Below, piece after piece: positions 22,691 to 35,506 of a DNA stretch of 64,000 nt. The notes under the pieces were generated by a model. The model was not told the origin of the DNA and ran no database searches. It saw nothing but the letters and a program-made list of their open reading frames with translations. Each line of letters opens with the position of its first letter. Position 1 is the stretch's first letter. A program made the position numbers and the translations under genes. Source of the DNA: Balamuthia mandrillaris (lineage: Eukaryota); NCBI GenBank assembly GCA_031835245.2, contig JAVKOQ020000081.1:62001-126000 (forward strand), written 5' to 3'.

Positions 22691-24310
22691 CTCTCTATTT
22701 CTGAGGGTGTGCTGATAAATACGCTCAAAGAGGAGACAGGGAAGTACGTCAATAAGTGGTTGGATATAGTGGCTTGTAACGCCAGTTTTCACTCTCGCGC
22801 CATCTTCTATTCCCTGATGAACAGCAGTTTCACTTATGATCCAATTGGGTGGGGCATGCCTTACAATCATGTTCTCTTCCGTGACGAGAAGGAAGCGCTT
22901 GCCGACATTTGTCTACAAGTTCTTTGCGTGCTTCTCAATCACGAGCCCTCAGCATTGATCCCAAGGTATTGTTTTTCTTCTTCTCTCTGTTGCCTTTTCT
23001 CACTGGTGAGATGTAGAGGTTCCAAAGAGGCAAAGAACATATTTGTAGAATATTTGCAAGAACTGGACAAACCTGAAGACTTCGAGTTCTTCCTCAAAGC
23101 CTTGGTCAGCCTCTTGAGCAATCCGCTCGTTGCTAACAACACGTACCTTCCCCATTCTACCAAACAAATATCATGCCACCAGGAAATGCTCATGCTGTTC
23201 TGGAAGACTATTCAAGTCAATAGAGTAAGCACTCTTTCCCAAAAAAAGTAAAAGATTATTTTTTTTGTATACTTAACTTTGTACATAGGCATTTTGTACG
23301 TGGCTGGTAACAAGGAGTGACGTTACTCAAGTTATCGACCCCATCTTGCATTTCTTGCATGAAGCTCGAAAGGATTCCGGTACGATTGATGATTCCACTC
23401 ATCTCATTATTTCTGTGCTCGTTCTTATTGTTTGTTGCAAAAACATAGCGCAAAATGGATTAGTGTCATTAGGCACTTTTATTCTCTTGTTCCTGAGCGG
23501 CGAGCGCGAGTTTGCTGTTCAGCTCAACAAACCGTTCACTCGCAAGCTGACCATAACTCTGCCGACCTTCACTGGCAACTATGCCGACTACCTCATCCTC
23601 GTACTTCACAAGATGTTGGTGGACGGACACAGCCGCTTGGAGTCCCTCTTCGAGTGCTTCTTCACCATCATTGCCAACATCTCCCCCTACATAAAGAACC
23701 TGAGCATGACCACCAGCATGAAGTTGCTGAGCCTGTTCAAGACGTTGTCTCGCCCCAAGTTCCTGCTTGCAGCTGAGAACAATCACCGTTATCTCTATTT
23801 TCTGCTCGAGATCTTCAACAACTTTATTCAATATCAGTACGAAGGTAAAAAGTCTTTCTTCTTCCATGGTTTGGTAAAGGAATTAACGACTGTTTTCTTG
23901 CTCTCTTTTATAATTTAGGAAACTATCGTCTGATTTATGCGTTTATAAGAAATCGTGAACTCTTTCGAACATTATCTCAGCTGACATTCTCGAGTGCTCA
24001 GCAACAAACCACCAAGTCGACGGAACAACCACAACAAGACGAAGAGAAAAATAAAGACAAAGAACAAGAGAAACAAGAACACGAAGCAAAAGAAGAAAAT
24101 GAAGAAGGAAAACAGACACATGAAACTGAACCAACACAGAAAGACGAAACAACGCCAGAAACCCAAAAAGCCGAAGAAGAGAAGAAAGACGAAGGAGAGG
24201 CGAAGGAAGAAGAACCAAAAGCACCACCAGCACCAACCATTTCAATGCAACAACAAACCGATCGGGCTTCATTCCAACCTACCGAAGAATGGGTACAATC
24301 TCTTTGCTTT

Positions 24311-24350
<40 letters not shown>

Positions 24351-24817
24351 GGCATCCTTCTGGTCTCCCTTCATTTTTAAAACCAGCTTTCTCTTTGAAG
24401 CTGGAAGGATGGCGTCAACAGCTTCCGCTTACAACCATCCTGCGCCTCCTCGATGCCATCATGCCCCAACTCCCCGAGATCGTCTCCGGAACGTACGTTT
24501 ATCTTCTTTTTGTTCTCTCCCTCTTCTTCCCTCTCTTTTTCCCACCCATTTGTTGCTGTTATTCCAACAATAACAAAAAAAACCATTAAAGTTCGGACGA
24601 TGAAGCCCTCATTTTATCCTACTTGAAGAACACGACGATGGTGGGTCTGTTGCCGGTGCCTCATCCGATCCTCATCCGTCGCTACCAGAGCAGCGCCATG
24701 ACCGACCTTTGGTTCTCCACGTTCATGTGGGGCGTCGTCTATCTGCGCAACAACGCGCCGCCAATCTTTTGGGGAACGCAGGTTAAGCTTTTCATGGTTA
24801 AACTTTTGGGAGAGTAA
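21247..24817 (+). CDS. HID1: HID1/Ecm30 (dymeclin family) Golgi protein; multi-exon
   Basis: Myristoylation-type start MGGVDSK; LTRMLPLVLE; LLFYPNFTV; YDPIGWGMPYNH; NPLVANNTYLPHSTKQI; FILLFLSGEREF; IIANISPYIKNLS; IQYQYEGN; GLLPVPHPILIRRYQ; WGVVYLRN..PPIFWGTQVKLF. Confidence 0.92.
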
Positions 24818-24985
24818 ATATACATTTTGTTTCTCCTCTGCTTTCTTTTTTGTTTGTTTGTGAGATGAGAAAAGAGGGAAGAAAGATAGTTTTGTCTTTT
24901 GAAGTTGGTATTTACTGAAAGGTTTGCACGGAAAAAAACAAACCCTTGAGGCTTGAGACTGTTGTTTATCTTCTTTTTTTTTTTC

Positions 24986-26493
24986 TTAGATGGGTCCTCC
25001 TGCTGGCAGCTGCACTGATTTCTGTTTCGCGAGAGAGAGAGAGAGAAGTGAGAAAGGGAAACGAGAGAAGGGAAGCAAAGAGGTCGCACCAGTTTGTATT
25101 GAAGCTCTTGAATTTGTTGCCGTTGCAAGGGCGGTAAGCTCTCCAACTGTTGTGGAGTCAACTGCATAAGCTGCTGCAACAAAGCTCTTTGTTGATCCAA
25201 ACTTGACGGAGCAGCAGCAGCGGAAGGCATAACTGGTGCAGAAACAGAGGAGGAAGAGGCGGCGACGGAAGGGATAGCAGGCATAGGGAAAGAAGGGGGA
25301 GGTTGAAGGTGTGTAAAAGGAGGAGCAGCAGCTGGAGTAGGTGGAGGAACATGAAAGGATGGAGGTCCGCCAACTGGTCCAACGGGTGTTGTTGTAGGAG
25401 GTTGTAATGGAGGTGGACCCATCATGCTGCTGGATGGACCGCCCAGCACTGCTGGAGGTAGACCCACGCCACTGCCTCCCGTTGCTGTGGCTAATATATG
25501 CTGCATTTGAAAGGATTAGTGATAAGATGAGAGGAGGGAAGCATAAAGAAGAGATCAAAGGGCATGGGTATAAGAAAACAGGAAGAAAGCAGAGGGTTCT
25601 AGAAGGCAAGAGAAACGTACTTGTGCAAGTTGGGGCCGAATCATACCAAGGACGACTTGAGCTTGTAGCAAAGCAAAGGAGAATTGGGGATTCGTCGCGA
25701 GGATCTGCTTGGCCTGCTCAGGGTTCTGCTCCACAAGAACCTTCATCTGCGCCACCACCTCATAGAGTTGATGCGCACCCATTCCCTCCAACACGCTGCT
25801 GATCTGAGCCTCCGGCGTGACGCCCGCCGGCGGGGGCACACCTCTCGGCATTGGTCCTCCGAGTATACTCCCTCCTCCTGTTGGTGGCATTGGGCCTCGA
25901 CCTGCAGCAATACCAGGAGCAACACCAGGAGGAGGACCACCAACGGGACGTTTGTCGGGTGGACCACCGCCCGCGCCTCCGCCTCCGCCCATTGTCTTTT
26001 CGTTCTCTGCCACGTCCACTCGAAGCACCCGTCCGTTCAACTCAAAGCCATCCAAGTTGCGTAGGGCGCACATGGCTGTGTCTGCATCTCGAAACTCGCA
26101 AAAGCCATACCCTTTGGGCTTTCCAGTGTCTCGATCAAAGACCAACCTGTTTTGTTTGTCATATATAAAAAGTTCAGCTTCGGATTTGCGTTGATCCGCA
26201 GGCAGAGAACTGAAAGGTGAAGAGACAAGAATGCAGCAAGGAGACAGAAAGCAGAGAGACAGAGAAGAAGAGAAGAGAAAGGAAGATTACCGAAAGGAAA
26301 CAACAGGGCCGACTCCGCTGAAAACCTCAGTCAATTGCTCTTCCGTAGCGCCATACGGTATGTTACCCACTGTCGAATGTTTTTTTGTTTGTGTTCTATT
26401 TAGTAAGCGAAAAGAAGAAGCACATATGCTTCGCCCTCTGGCAATAAGAAGAAAGTACGCACCAAACACACATCTAGCATTCCTGCTACTCAT
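24986..26493 (-). CDS. CSTF2: Cleavage stimulation factor subunit 2 (CstF-64/Rna15)
   Basis: RRM VFVGNIPYGATEEQL..VGPVVSFR..DRDTGKPKGYGFCEF; hinge QLYEVVAQMK..NPEQAKQIL..NPQFSFALLQAQ; C-terminal QQRALLQQLMQLTPQQLESLPP. Confidence 0.94.
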
Positions 26494-26783
26494 CTTTCTT
26501 TTGCTTTCTTTATTCTCTTTGTTGTCGACGATCACACAATAGATCGTTAGTGACGTCATTTTAACAACCCCTCAACCATCTAGATCTGACGTCATCTTTT
26601 TGCGGACACTGTCGACATTTTTCCTTTTTTCTTTCTTTAATTTTTTTTCTTATTTTTTCTTATTTTTTTTTCTTATTTTTTGTTTTTTTCTTTTTGAAAA
26701 CTTTATTTAATAAAAAACATAACATAAAAGCATTACAGTTACATGGTGAAAAAAAAAAACAAAGGAGACCGTTTGCTTACTTC

Positions 26784-28542
26784 TCAAGAGGCCGCTTTCC
26801 ATCGTGCACGATTCTCTTCCAAAGGCTGAAGCAAACATCGGATGCGAGGAAAGACTTGAGCCAGCGCAGCGAGAGTGGGCGAAAGGATGTTATCGATGAA
26901 CCCCAGTTGAGCCGTTGCTTGAGATACCGTCTCGCGATCCATCATTGCAGAAATGCTCCTACCTTCTGACCGCTCTCTGTCTCCTTGATTGAAGAACTCC
27001 TCTATCAACAAATCTGCCCATCGCTTTCAACAGCAAAAGAAAGTAGAACAATGAATAAAGAATGAGGTAAGCAAGAAAGAAAATAGAAGATGAGGCTTGG
27101 CGAAAAGAAGAAGATAAAGGCATGATGAAGAAGCAGCACATACTTTGGAGACAGACCACGGACGGGCTTCATTGGAGATGTCAGCAGCTTTCATCATTAT
27201 TGACATAAGAAGCAACTTTGATTCTCTGTCTTGCCATTTCGCTGCTGTAGAAGATGAGGACGAAGAAGTGGAGGCCTTTAGTTTGTCCTGCATGTGCCGC
27301 ATGATGTCAAAGTGTTTGGACATATCAGTGTTGAGGATTAACGTTATGATGAGAGGTCTTATCTCAAGTCGCTGTTGGAGAGATAAGTTGATTAAAATGT
27401 TGGTGGAAGGGTTGTATAGTAACCGCCACGCGCATGAACTATAATGCAGGCAAATGGATTGAGTTTAAAGGAGGGAACAAGAGAGAAGAGAACGATGAAG
27501 AGAAGAGAATTGAAGAGAAGAATAGGAGTCGCATAGCAGCAGAGAAGAAAGTGGAGAGAAGTTAACGACAAAAGCATAAACGCATAGAAGAGAAGAGCAA
27601 AGAAGAGAACGATGAAGAGAGAACAAATGATAGTACCAATGATGGTTTTCAAGTGGAGAGCAGTTATTGTAAAGCAAGGCAAGGCTGGTCACTGCGTTGA
27701 TATGATACTGGTTAGACAAGCCTGGGTGGTCTTGTTTTGTTATGCCATGTAAATAAATATACCATGTTAGATACATATAACAAACAGAAAAGAAAAAGCA
27801 AACAGAAAGAAGAATGTCAAAGAAGAAGAAGAACAAAAAGCATAACAAGAAGAAGAAGAAGAAGAAAGAGAAGACGAAGAAGAAGAAGAAGAGAACAAAA
27901 AGCATAACAAGAAGAAGAAGAACAAGAACAAGAACAAGCCATAAGAAAGCAGGTGGTACCTAAATCATGACAAAGGGCAGCTACAAGTAGGGCCAACGTT
28001 TCCAACTTTGTAAAGACCTCTCGTGGGCGCAACCCCTTCTCTTTATCGTCCTTCTTCTCCTTCTCTTTCTCTCCTTTTGTTGCTCCTCCCCCTTCTGCTT
28101 CTCCTCCTCCTCCGGGCTCCTCCTCCTCCTCTTCCTCCCCCAGTGTGAAAAAGAGGAACAGCATATGGGCCACGGTGAAGGCGTGACGAAAGTTATGGAA
28201 GGGGTTCTCTCGGTAGCTGCAGCGAAGGCAGACGACGAAGTTCTGGAGGGTCTCCAGCGGGATCGAGAAGGTCCGCACGAGGTCCAGCCGCTCGAAGAAT
28301 ACCACCACCAACCTACAGAGCTGCTCCGGGTCATAGTTCCACAGATCAAAAGTCGGCAGGTGCAAGTCGGAGGGAATCAAACCTTCGTTGTTGTTCTCGT
28401 TGTCGGTCTCAAAGATGGCGCGACGCAGGCGAGAGAGCTCCTGCGCGGTGGGGGGTTGAAAGGCGTAGCACTGCCCGAAGCGACAGCAAACGCCTCCTTT
28501 GTCCAGCACGGAGTCGTTGATGTCCAGCGTGTGGTTATTCAT
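26784..28542 (-). CDS. Class I cyclic nucleotide phosphodiesterase (essentially catalytic domain only); multi-exon
   Basis: [67 protein letters not shown]. Confidence 0.93.
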
Positions 28543-28635
28543 TTTTTTTATGGTTTGTTTTCTCTTCTCTTTCTTTTTTTTCTGCTCCTTCCATTAATTG
28601 GATGGATTACATCACCGGCAACCATAAAAAGAAAG

Positions 28636-28775
28636 TGACACGTCATATTGATCCACTTTCTTTCTTTACAAGGAAATTATGACACATCACAACCATCAAT
28701 ATTTGGAAATATACACGTCATGTAGTAGGAGTTTGAACACGTCACCTTTGTGCATTAAAGGGGTTTTCCACGTCA
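28636..28775. promoter_or_regulatory. Cluster of (A/C)CACGTCA / TGACAC(G/A)TCA motifs in the divergent PDE-LETM1 promoter
   Basis: TGACACGTCA 28636-28645, TGACACATCA 28680-28689, ACACGTCA 28713-28720 and 28737-28744, CCACGTCA 28768-28775. Confidence 0.5.
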
Positions 28776-28848
28776 TAATATGATGTTATCAAATCCCAAA
28801 TATGGAAATAAACACATCAGCAATTTCCTCGAAAGAAAGAAAGCAAGA

Positions 28849-30524
28849 ATGAGAAGGAGCAGCAGCAGCGGTGGTGGCTTGTGGCACGCCCAACGCCTCG
28901 GCGCCAGAAGGCTTGCTGGCGGTTGTTTGTCGCTACGACCACCTGGTTACGCGGGCGCCGTGACTCGTGCTTCGTTGACGACGAACGTCCGGGCCTTTGC
29001 TACGCACCACCTGCGCTGTAGAAATGGACTCCACAGCAATCTCCAATGGACCGCATCGGCATGTGGCGTGACGAGGAGGACCGCTATTGTTCGGAAGTTC
29101 CCTGCGCGCAGCTCACGTGATGTGGTTGCTGCTTCTTATGCAACTGTTCCTCCCAACGACCCGCCAAAGCCTTCCGTTCGGGAAAGAATATCGGTCCGCT
29201 CCATCTCTTTTTCTCCCTTCTCTTCATAGTTTTATCCTCTCTCCTCGCTTTCTTTCTCATGTTTCAACTGTTCGACCAGACGCTCATGACCGGCATGAAA
29301 GAAGGTTTCACCAAGTTCAAAGAAAACAACACCAACGCCAGAGCCGCACAGCGAAAGCAAAAGGAACAGGGAGATGAGGCGCTGAACAGAGCAGAGGTGC
29401 GGTTGATCCAAAATCATGCCAAGGACGTGTTTGCCCTCTTTCCTTTTGGCTTTTTCGCGCTGGTCTTGCCGGAAGCCATTCCTTTCATCCTGCTGTGGTT
29501 TCCTTCCATGGTTTGAATATTATCCCTGTTCTCGTTTCTCCTCTCTCGTCTGTCTCATCGCTTGCTCTTCTCTTGCTCTCCTCTCCTCTCTGTCTCTGTC
29601 TCTGTCTCTCTTAACTTCTCCATGATTTGTCTTTAACGCTTCATCGTGAAAACATTTGGAATGAACAGGTTCCCAGCACTTTTCGCCCTATTTTTATCAC
29701 CGAGGTACCATACATCCTTGAACTTGATCTTTGTTTCTTCTTCTTCTTCTTCTTCTTCTTGTTCTTCTTCTTCTTCTTCCACTATGTTTTCTCTTTCTTA
29801 TTGCTTTACTACTTTTTAAAAACAGAAATCCAAACGTAAACAAGTGGAACAACAAAACCTTGCCATGGAACAAATGGCCCATTTGCTTGCTTCCTCGTCA
29901 CCCAACAAAGCTTCTTTTGCTGTGTTCTACAATTATCTCAAAAGCATGGAACAAATTTCCAATAGCAACAACTACAGCAGCGAGCTATTGCAGTGGAAGG
30001 AAGAGGCATTGAGCACTGATCGATTGGTGGCGGCATGTAAGTTTATGACGATACCGACCAGAATGCGGCCTGAATGGTATCTTCGTCGTTCTCTTTCAAA
30101 GGCGCTTACCAATCTCATTGCTGATGATCAAGTAAGTCACGTCGTTTTCCTTTCTTACCTTTTTTTTTTTTTGAGATTTTGCTAACGTTTCTTCTCTTCC
30201 GTCTCGCTTTCATTGTTTCTGTCTCTCTTCGCTGTTCCTCTTTATCTCTTTCAGTTAATCCAAAAAGATGGGGGAATAAGAAGTCTTAAAGCGGTGGACT
30301 TGAAGGAAGCTTGTGAGGAGCGAAAGCTGGTTATCCACTACCAAGACACAACGGTGAAACAGCAGCAGAAATATCTCGACAAGTGGTTGGAACTCTCTCA
30401 GAAAACCAAGCACAACGACTTGCCTCGCCCGATGCTTCTCCTGTGGAGCATGGCTTGCTGTCGCATGTCCTCTGAACTTATCTCTGGTGGTGGTGGGAGC
30501 GGAGGAAAGTCCCCAAAGTTATAA
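28849..30524 (+). CDS. LETM1-domain (LETMD1/Mdm38-like) mitochondrial inner-membrane protein; multi-exon
   Basis: Arg/Ser/Ala-rich, acid-poor presequence; Pro-containing TM DVFALFPFGFFALVLPEAIPFILLWFPSMVPSTF; LSTDRLVAACKFM..YLRRSL..LIADDQLIQKDGG..L..VDLKEACEER. Confidence 0.82.
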
Positions 30525-30788
30525 AACAAAACTTTTTTTGATTTCTTCAACGCGGATGATGCATGCTTAAAGCTTTCCTCTCCAGCTGGTGGCGGAGCAG
30601 TTCCAACGAGATGGTTCGATGTTACCGCTCCACACGCGTGATGCTCTCATGCCTTTGCTCAGAAATCCGGTGGAGGCTTTGGCCATTTCATACATGCGAA
30701 GAATCCTCGCCACAAATGCAATCATGGCACAAAGGAAAGACCAAGAAATGGATTCAATTTCACGTTTGTCGACATTTAATAATATTTT

Positions 30789-30895
30789 TGATTTATGATT
30801 GGACATCGGGTAAAACTACCAATCATAAATCAGAGGACAAAATAAATCGCCGAACGATTACCAATCATAAATCAGAGAATGAAATAAATCGGCGA
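30789..30895. promoter_or_regulatory. Three copies of CCAATCATAAATCA (one inverted, two direct within a 42-bp tandem unit) upstream of the CAP gene
   Basis: TGATTTATGATTGG at 30789-30802; CCAATCATAAATCA at 30819-30832 and 30861-30874; ATG at 30993. Confidence 0.55.
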
Positions 30896-30992
30896 ATGCC
30901 TTTTATCTGGTGCCAATTATCGGCAGCAGTTATATGTTCATATTTTTTGCGTTACACACTCACAACAAGAAACAAAACCAAGCAATATAGAA

Positions 30993-31863
30993 ATGAAGCC
31001 CGTAGGACTCTTGGGGTTGCTTCTCTTTGTCGTGGTTGCCCTCGAGCTGGCCAGCTTCTGTCATGGCCTGACGGAGGAGCAACGTGCTGCCGTCCTGGAG
31101 TACCACAACGCTTACCGCCGCAACAAAGGTGTTCCCGAACTTACTTATGGCACTTCCTTTGCTTCTGTTGCCGAAAGTGCGTCTTCCTCCTTCTTTCTCT
31201 TTTCTTCTCTGCTGAGCTCTTCTTTTTTATTCGCAATAGACTATGCCGCTTCATGTCCCGACGGTCACTCCTCTAACGGCTACGGCGAAAACTTGTTTTG
31301 GGCCTTTGGTGACGTCTCTGCCGACCTCCTGAAGATGGCAGTCGACTCTTGGTACTCCGAGGTGTCTGACTATGACTGCGAGACCAACACCTGCAACGGA
31401 AGGTCGGACGCGGGGTGGTTAAACTGTGGCCACTATACTCAAATCATGTGGAATGAGTATGTCTCTCTCTACTTCCTTCTGCCTCCCTCTTTCTGTCGTA
31501 AGACAAACTAACAAACAAAAAACAGAACAACACAAGTGGCATGTGGACTGAACACACAGTGCCCTGATTCCGCGCTTGTCGTCGTTTGTAACTACTCTCC
31601 TAGCGGAAACGAGTACCTTTTGTCTGGCGAGTTCACTCGACCTTTCAACGGTTCGCTTCTTCTCCCTTCTTTTCTCTTCTTCTCTCTCTTCTCAATACGC
31701 ATCGCACATCGTTTACCTATCCGTTATCGTCGCTTCAGTCGAAAACTGCCAATACAATTTTGAGGATAAGGAAGAATCCAGCAACGATGGCGCGGCGGAT
31801 GGTGACGGTGGTGGCGGTGACGGGTCTGCCGCCGCTTCCATCTCCCGTTGGTGGCTTTGGTAG
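30993..31863 (+). CDS. Secreted CAP/SCP (PR-1-like) protein; multi-exon
   Basis: Signal peptide; VLEYHNAYRR, GHS..YGENLFW, AVDSWYSEV, CGHYTQIMW, VACG, VVVCNYSPSGN. Confidence 0.92.
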
Positions 31864-31935
31864 TCCGCTCTATCCTCCTTCTCTCCTCTGTGCTCTGTTA
31901 ATATACGCATTTTGTCAATACAAAACAAAATAATT

Positions 31936-32025
31936 ACAAAAAATCAAAACAATTTAAATAATACGAATTAATGTCGAGTATCGACAAAAATCAAAATTAT
32001 TTAAATAATATGAATTAATGTCGAT
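31936..32025. repeat. Imperfect tandem duplication (about 48-bp period) in the AT-rich upstream region of the PARP gene
   Basis: acaaaaaatcaaaacaatttaaataatacgaattaatgtcga followed by acaaaaatcaaaattatttaaataatatgaattaatgtcga. Confidence 0.75.
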
Positions 32026-32140
32026 TCGCGATGATTTTCGATGTGAATAATTTAATAAATTCCAAATTAAGCGAATTATCGGAAAGAAGAAGAAGAAGCA
32101 AAGAGACCGCCGCGGCGTTACTCTGGCGCAGAGATCAGGG

Positions 32141-32522
32141 ATGTCCTTCAAGGTGTCCAAAAGGCGCTCCAGCGTAAACGCTCTACAAGGCGCTGATATC
32201 ATTGAGATCACCGGTACGCAATGCTTGTGTTCTTTCTCTTTTTTTTTTCATCAAAAGAACTGAATCGTTTCTTTTTTGTTAAAAAAAAAGTGATCTCGGC
32301 GACAGGTTTGACGGCAAAGAATAACGCCACGTCCGATCCTTACTGCAAGTGCGTGCTCGGCAAGGAGAAATGGAAGACCAAGGTCGTTAAGAAAAACCTC
32401 TATCCCGTTTGGAACGACTGCCGCACCATGTTCGAGTCTTCTCTTCTTCGCTTTCCTTGTGTTCTCTTGTGCTTGTTCTTGTTGTTGTCGTTGTTGTTGT
32501 CGTTGTTGTTGTTGTTGTCTTA

Positions 32523-32563
<41 letters not shown>

Positions 32564-32662
32564 GTTGTTGTTGTTGTGTTGTTGTTGTTGTGTTGTTGTT
32601 GTTGTTGTTGTTGTTGTTGGTTGTTTTTTGTGTGTTGTTGTTGGTTGTTGTTTGTTGTTGTT

Positions 32663-32701
<39 letters not shown>

Positions 32702-35466
32702 TGTTGTTGTTGTTGTGTTGGTTGTGTGTTTGTTGTTGTGTTGTTGTTGTTGTTGTTGTTATGTTGTTGTTGTTGTTGTCTTATGTTGTTGTTGTTGTTG
32801 TTGTTGTCTTATGTTGTTGTTGTTGTTGTTGTCTTATGTTGTTGTTGTTGTTGTTGTTGTTCTTCTTCTTCTTCTTCTTGTTCTTCTTCTTCTTCTTCTT
32901 CTTCTTCTTCTTCTTCTTCTTCATGTTCTTCTTCTTCTTCTTCTTCTTCTGCTATTACGCTCACAGCCACAACTAACAAACAACACAGCATAATGGCAGG
33001 AGCACAAAAGCAAACGCTGAAGCTTTGTATATGGCATAAAGAAACTCTGTGGAAAGACGTTTGTCCTTCGCTCTTCGCTCTTTCTTCTTCGCTTGCGGCA
33101 TTGAGTAATGCTTGTTTCTTTATTTTCTTCTTTCTCTTGTTGTTTTAAAAGGCCTTTATGGGGGAATGTGAAGTTGCTCTGAGCACTTATGCTAAACCCG
33201 GTCAAACCACTGATACATGGTTCAACCTGAATCCAAGAAACCGTTCAAAGAAAGACAACGTTTCAGGCAAGATTAGGGTTTCTATAATGATGCAGGTGGG
33301 TATCTGTTAACTCTTCTTTCTCTTCTGTTCGTTTTCCGCCTCCTATTCCTCCTCCCTTTCTCTATCTCACAGTTCATAACATAGGGAGATAATAAGACCG
33401 ATTCCTCTTCTTCTTCCGCTTCTTCCTCGCCTTCATCTGCTTTAAACAATTCTCCTTCTTCTTCCTCTAACACTGGAAAATCTCAAGAAGCACCATCTGC
33501 GTCACCAACTCCACAACAAAGGCAACCACAAGTTGTTCCTTCCGTAAGCGTTACTGTGGCTAGTGATGATAGCAAAGAAGAAAAAGGCAAGGAGAAAACC
33601 AAAGAGTCAACCAATGAAGAGGAGGAGGAGGAAGAGGAAAAGGTGAAGGAGAAAGCCAGCAATAAAGCCAATGAAGAACGAACAACCAGTCAAAGCACGC
33701 TTGCTCGCATGATTCAAGAGATTCAAAAAGTCTACAATAATCCTGCCTCTTGTGTAAAAAGTACTCTCTCTCTCTCTCCTCTTTCCTCTTATGCAAGTAT
33801 TCTTATTGCAGCTATTTCTTTTAATATCTAAGAGCTGAAATGGGATGAGAAGGGCAACGTTTTGGCGTTCCTACTGGTAACGGATGACTCTAGGATGGTT
33901 TCTCTCTCTGTCTTTGTGGGAGAGGAATATCCCATTCAGCGACCTGTGTTAGTGATGGAGGGCACCGTTGGCGCCATCGATGAAAGCAAAGTTGAGGTTA
34001 AACAGCTTTCTCTTCTACTCTCTCCTCGTCCGATATCCATTGCAATGTTTAATAACTGTATTTTCTTCGCTGGTTTTAGAATTTGATACAAAAGACCAAT
34101 GAATACGCCTCCAAACGGGCCAACACTTTGGCTGATATCATGTCTTTTCTTTCAACACGTACGTCTCCTCCCTGCTGCTCTGCTTTGAACTCTTCTGCTC
34201 TGTATTGCTCTCCTCTATTATCTCTCCGCTGCTCAGCTTTCTCTCTCTCTCTTCTTGAGTTCTTAACTGACATGAACAATAAAAACCATTCAACAGACTT
34301 TGATAGAATGCTGAACAAAGGAAAGATGAAGCAAGCACTAAAAACAGGACAATCTGTCAATCTGAAGGCTACGCTCAATGCCAGTCTTGCCATCTCGCAG
34401 GCACTCGGTGAGTCATGGAGAGTTACCAGCATGAATGGGGTATATTTATCTCTTTTGTTTGTTTGTTTGTTTGTTTGTTTGTTTGTTTGTTTGTTTGTTT
34501 GTTTGTTTCCTTAATCCTTTCATTTCTCAACTTCTCGTTTAAAGGATGACGAAGACTGTGATTATTACTCCGATGAAGACTACTTTGACGAGGAAGTCTA
34601 CGACTGGGACGATATTCCTCCGGTTAGTTTCTCGCTTTCTATCTTGTTCCTCGTGTTCTTCTTTTCTGAAGCTTTGTTCTCCCTTTCATATAGGAAGAAA
34701 CGTTGATAGAGAAACACGTCAAACAAGTGCAAATCGTTTTTGGCAGAGAATCCTGTACCTTATGGCGAGAGCTAAACACCGTTCGTCTGTTCCTTGATGC
34801 TCATTTCCTGGACGCGGAAGCGTGCGAGGCCATGGGCGTTGACATTGAAGAACCCATCACCATTGCCCTCCAATTCGGACCTGGTTACCTCGAAAATGAT
34901 AAAGTATAGCATCTCTTTTCTTTTCTCTTTGGTTATTTCTAGTTTATCTTTTGCTTTACTCTCGTTCTCTACCATTCTCCTCTGTTTCTTTCTCTTTTTA
35001 ATTACCTTCTTTCTTGTATTGCTTTTCTCACAAAAACGTTCTACTATTAAATAGATTCCAAGTGTAGAAGTGAAGCAATCCCAAAACAAACGCTTTGGTT
35101 TGGAGTTTCAGCTTACGGAAATAGCGAGAGCATTCCTGAAGAATAACTGGCCCTCTCGCCGTATGGGTTTGTCTTTACAAGCTGCCTCTGATACTGTTGA
35201 ACGTTCAAGAGTACTTTCTCCTTTTCCTTGAAGGCCTTCTTCTTATCCCTGCTCCTCCCTTCTTTAGTGCTTATTATCTCTGTTTATTAGATGGTGGCTC
35301 GCACACAAAACATAAAAGAGTTGTTGCAACAAGGATTTGACCAGCTAGCAGCAGCAACAGCTCTTGAGATGGCGTCCAACCAACTAGATGTAGCCACTAA
35401 CTTGCTTGCTGTTGAGGGAGGCTCTGTGGATTCCACTCAGATCATCGATAGCGAAGGTAAAACAAG

Positions 35467-35506
<40 letters not shown>

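Noticed and set aside
30563..30806. Short ORFs between the LETM1-domain and CAP genes
   Set aside because: Under 80 codons of plausible coding sequence, no motif and no clear start context.
32221..33148. Poly-Cys/Val/Leu ORFs that look like metallothionein or membrane proteins
   Set aside because: Translations of the (GTT)n/(TTC)n intron repeat in three frames.
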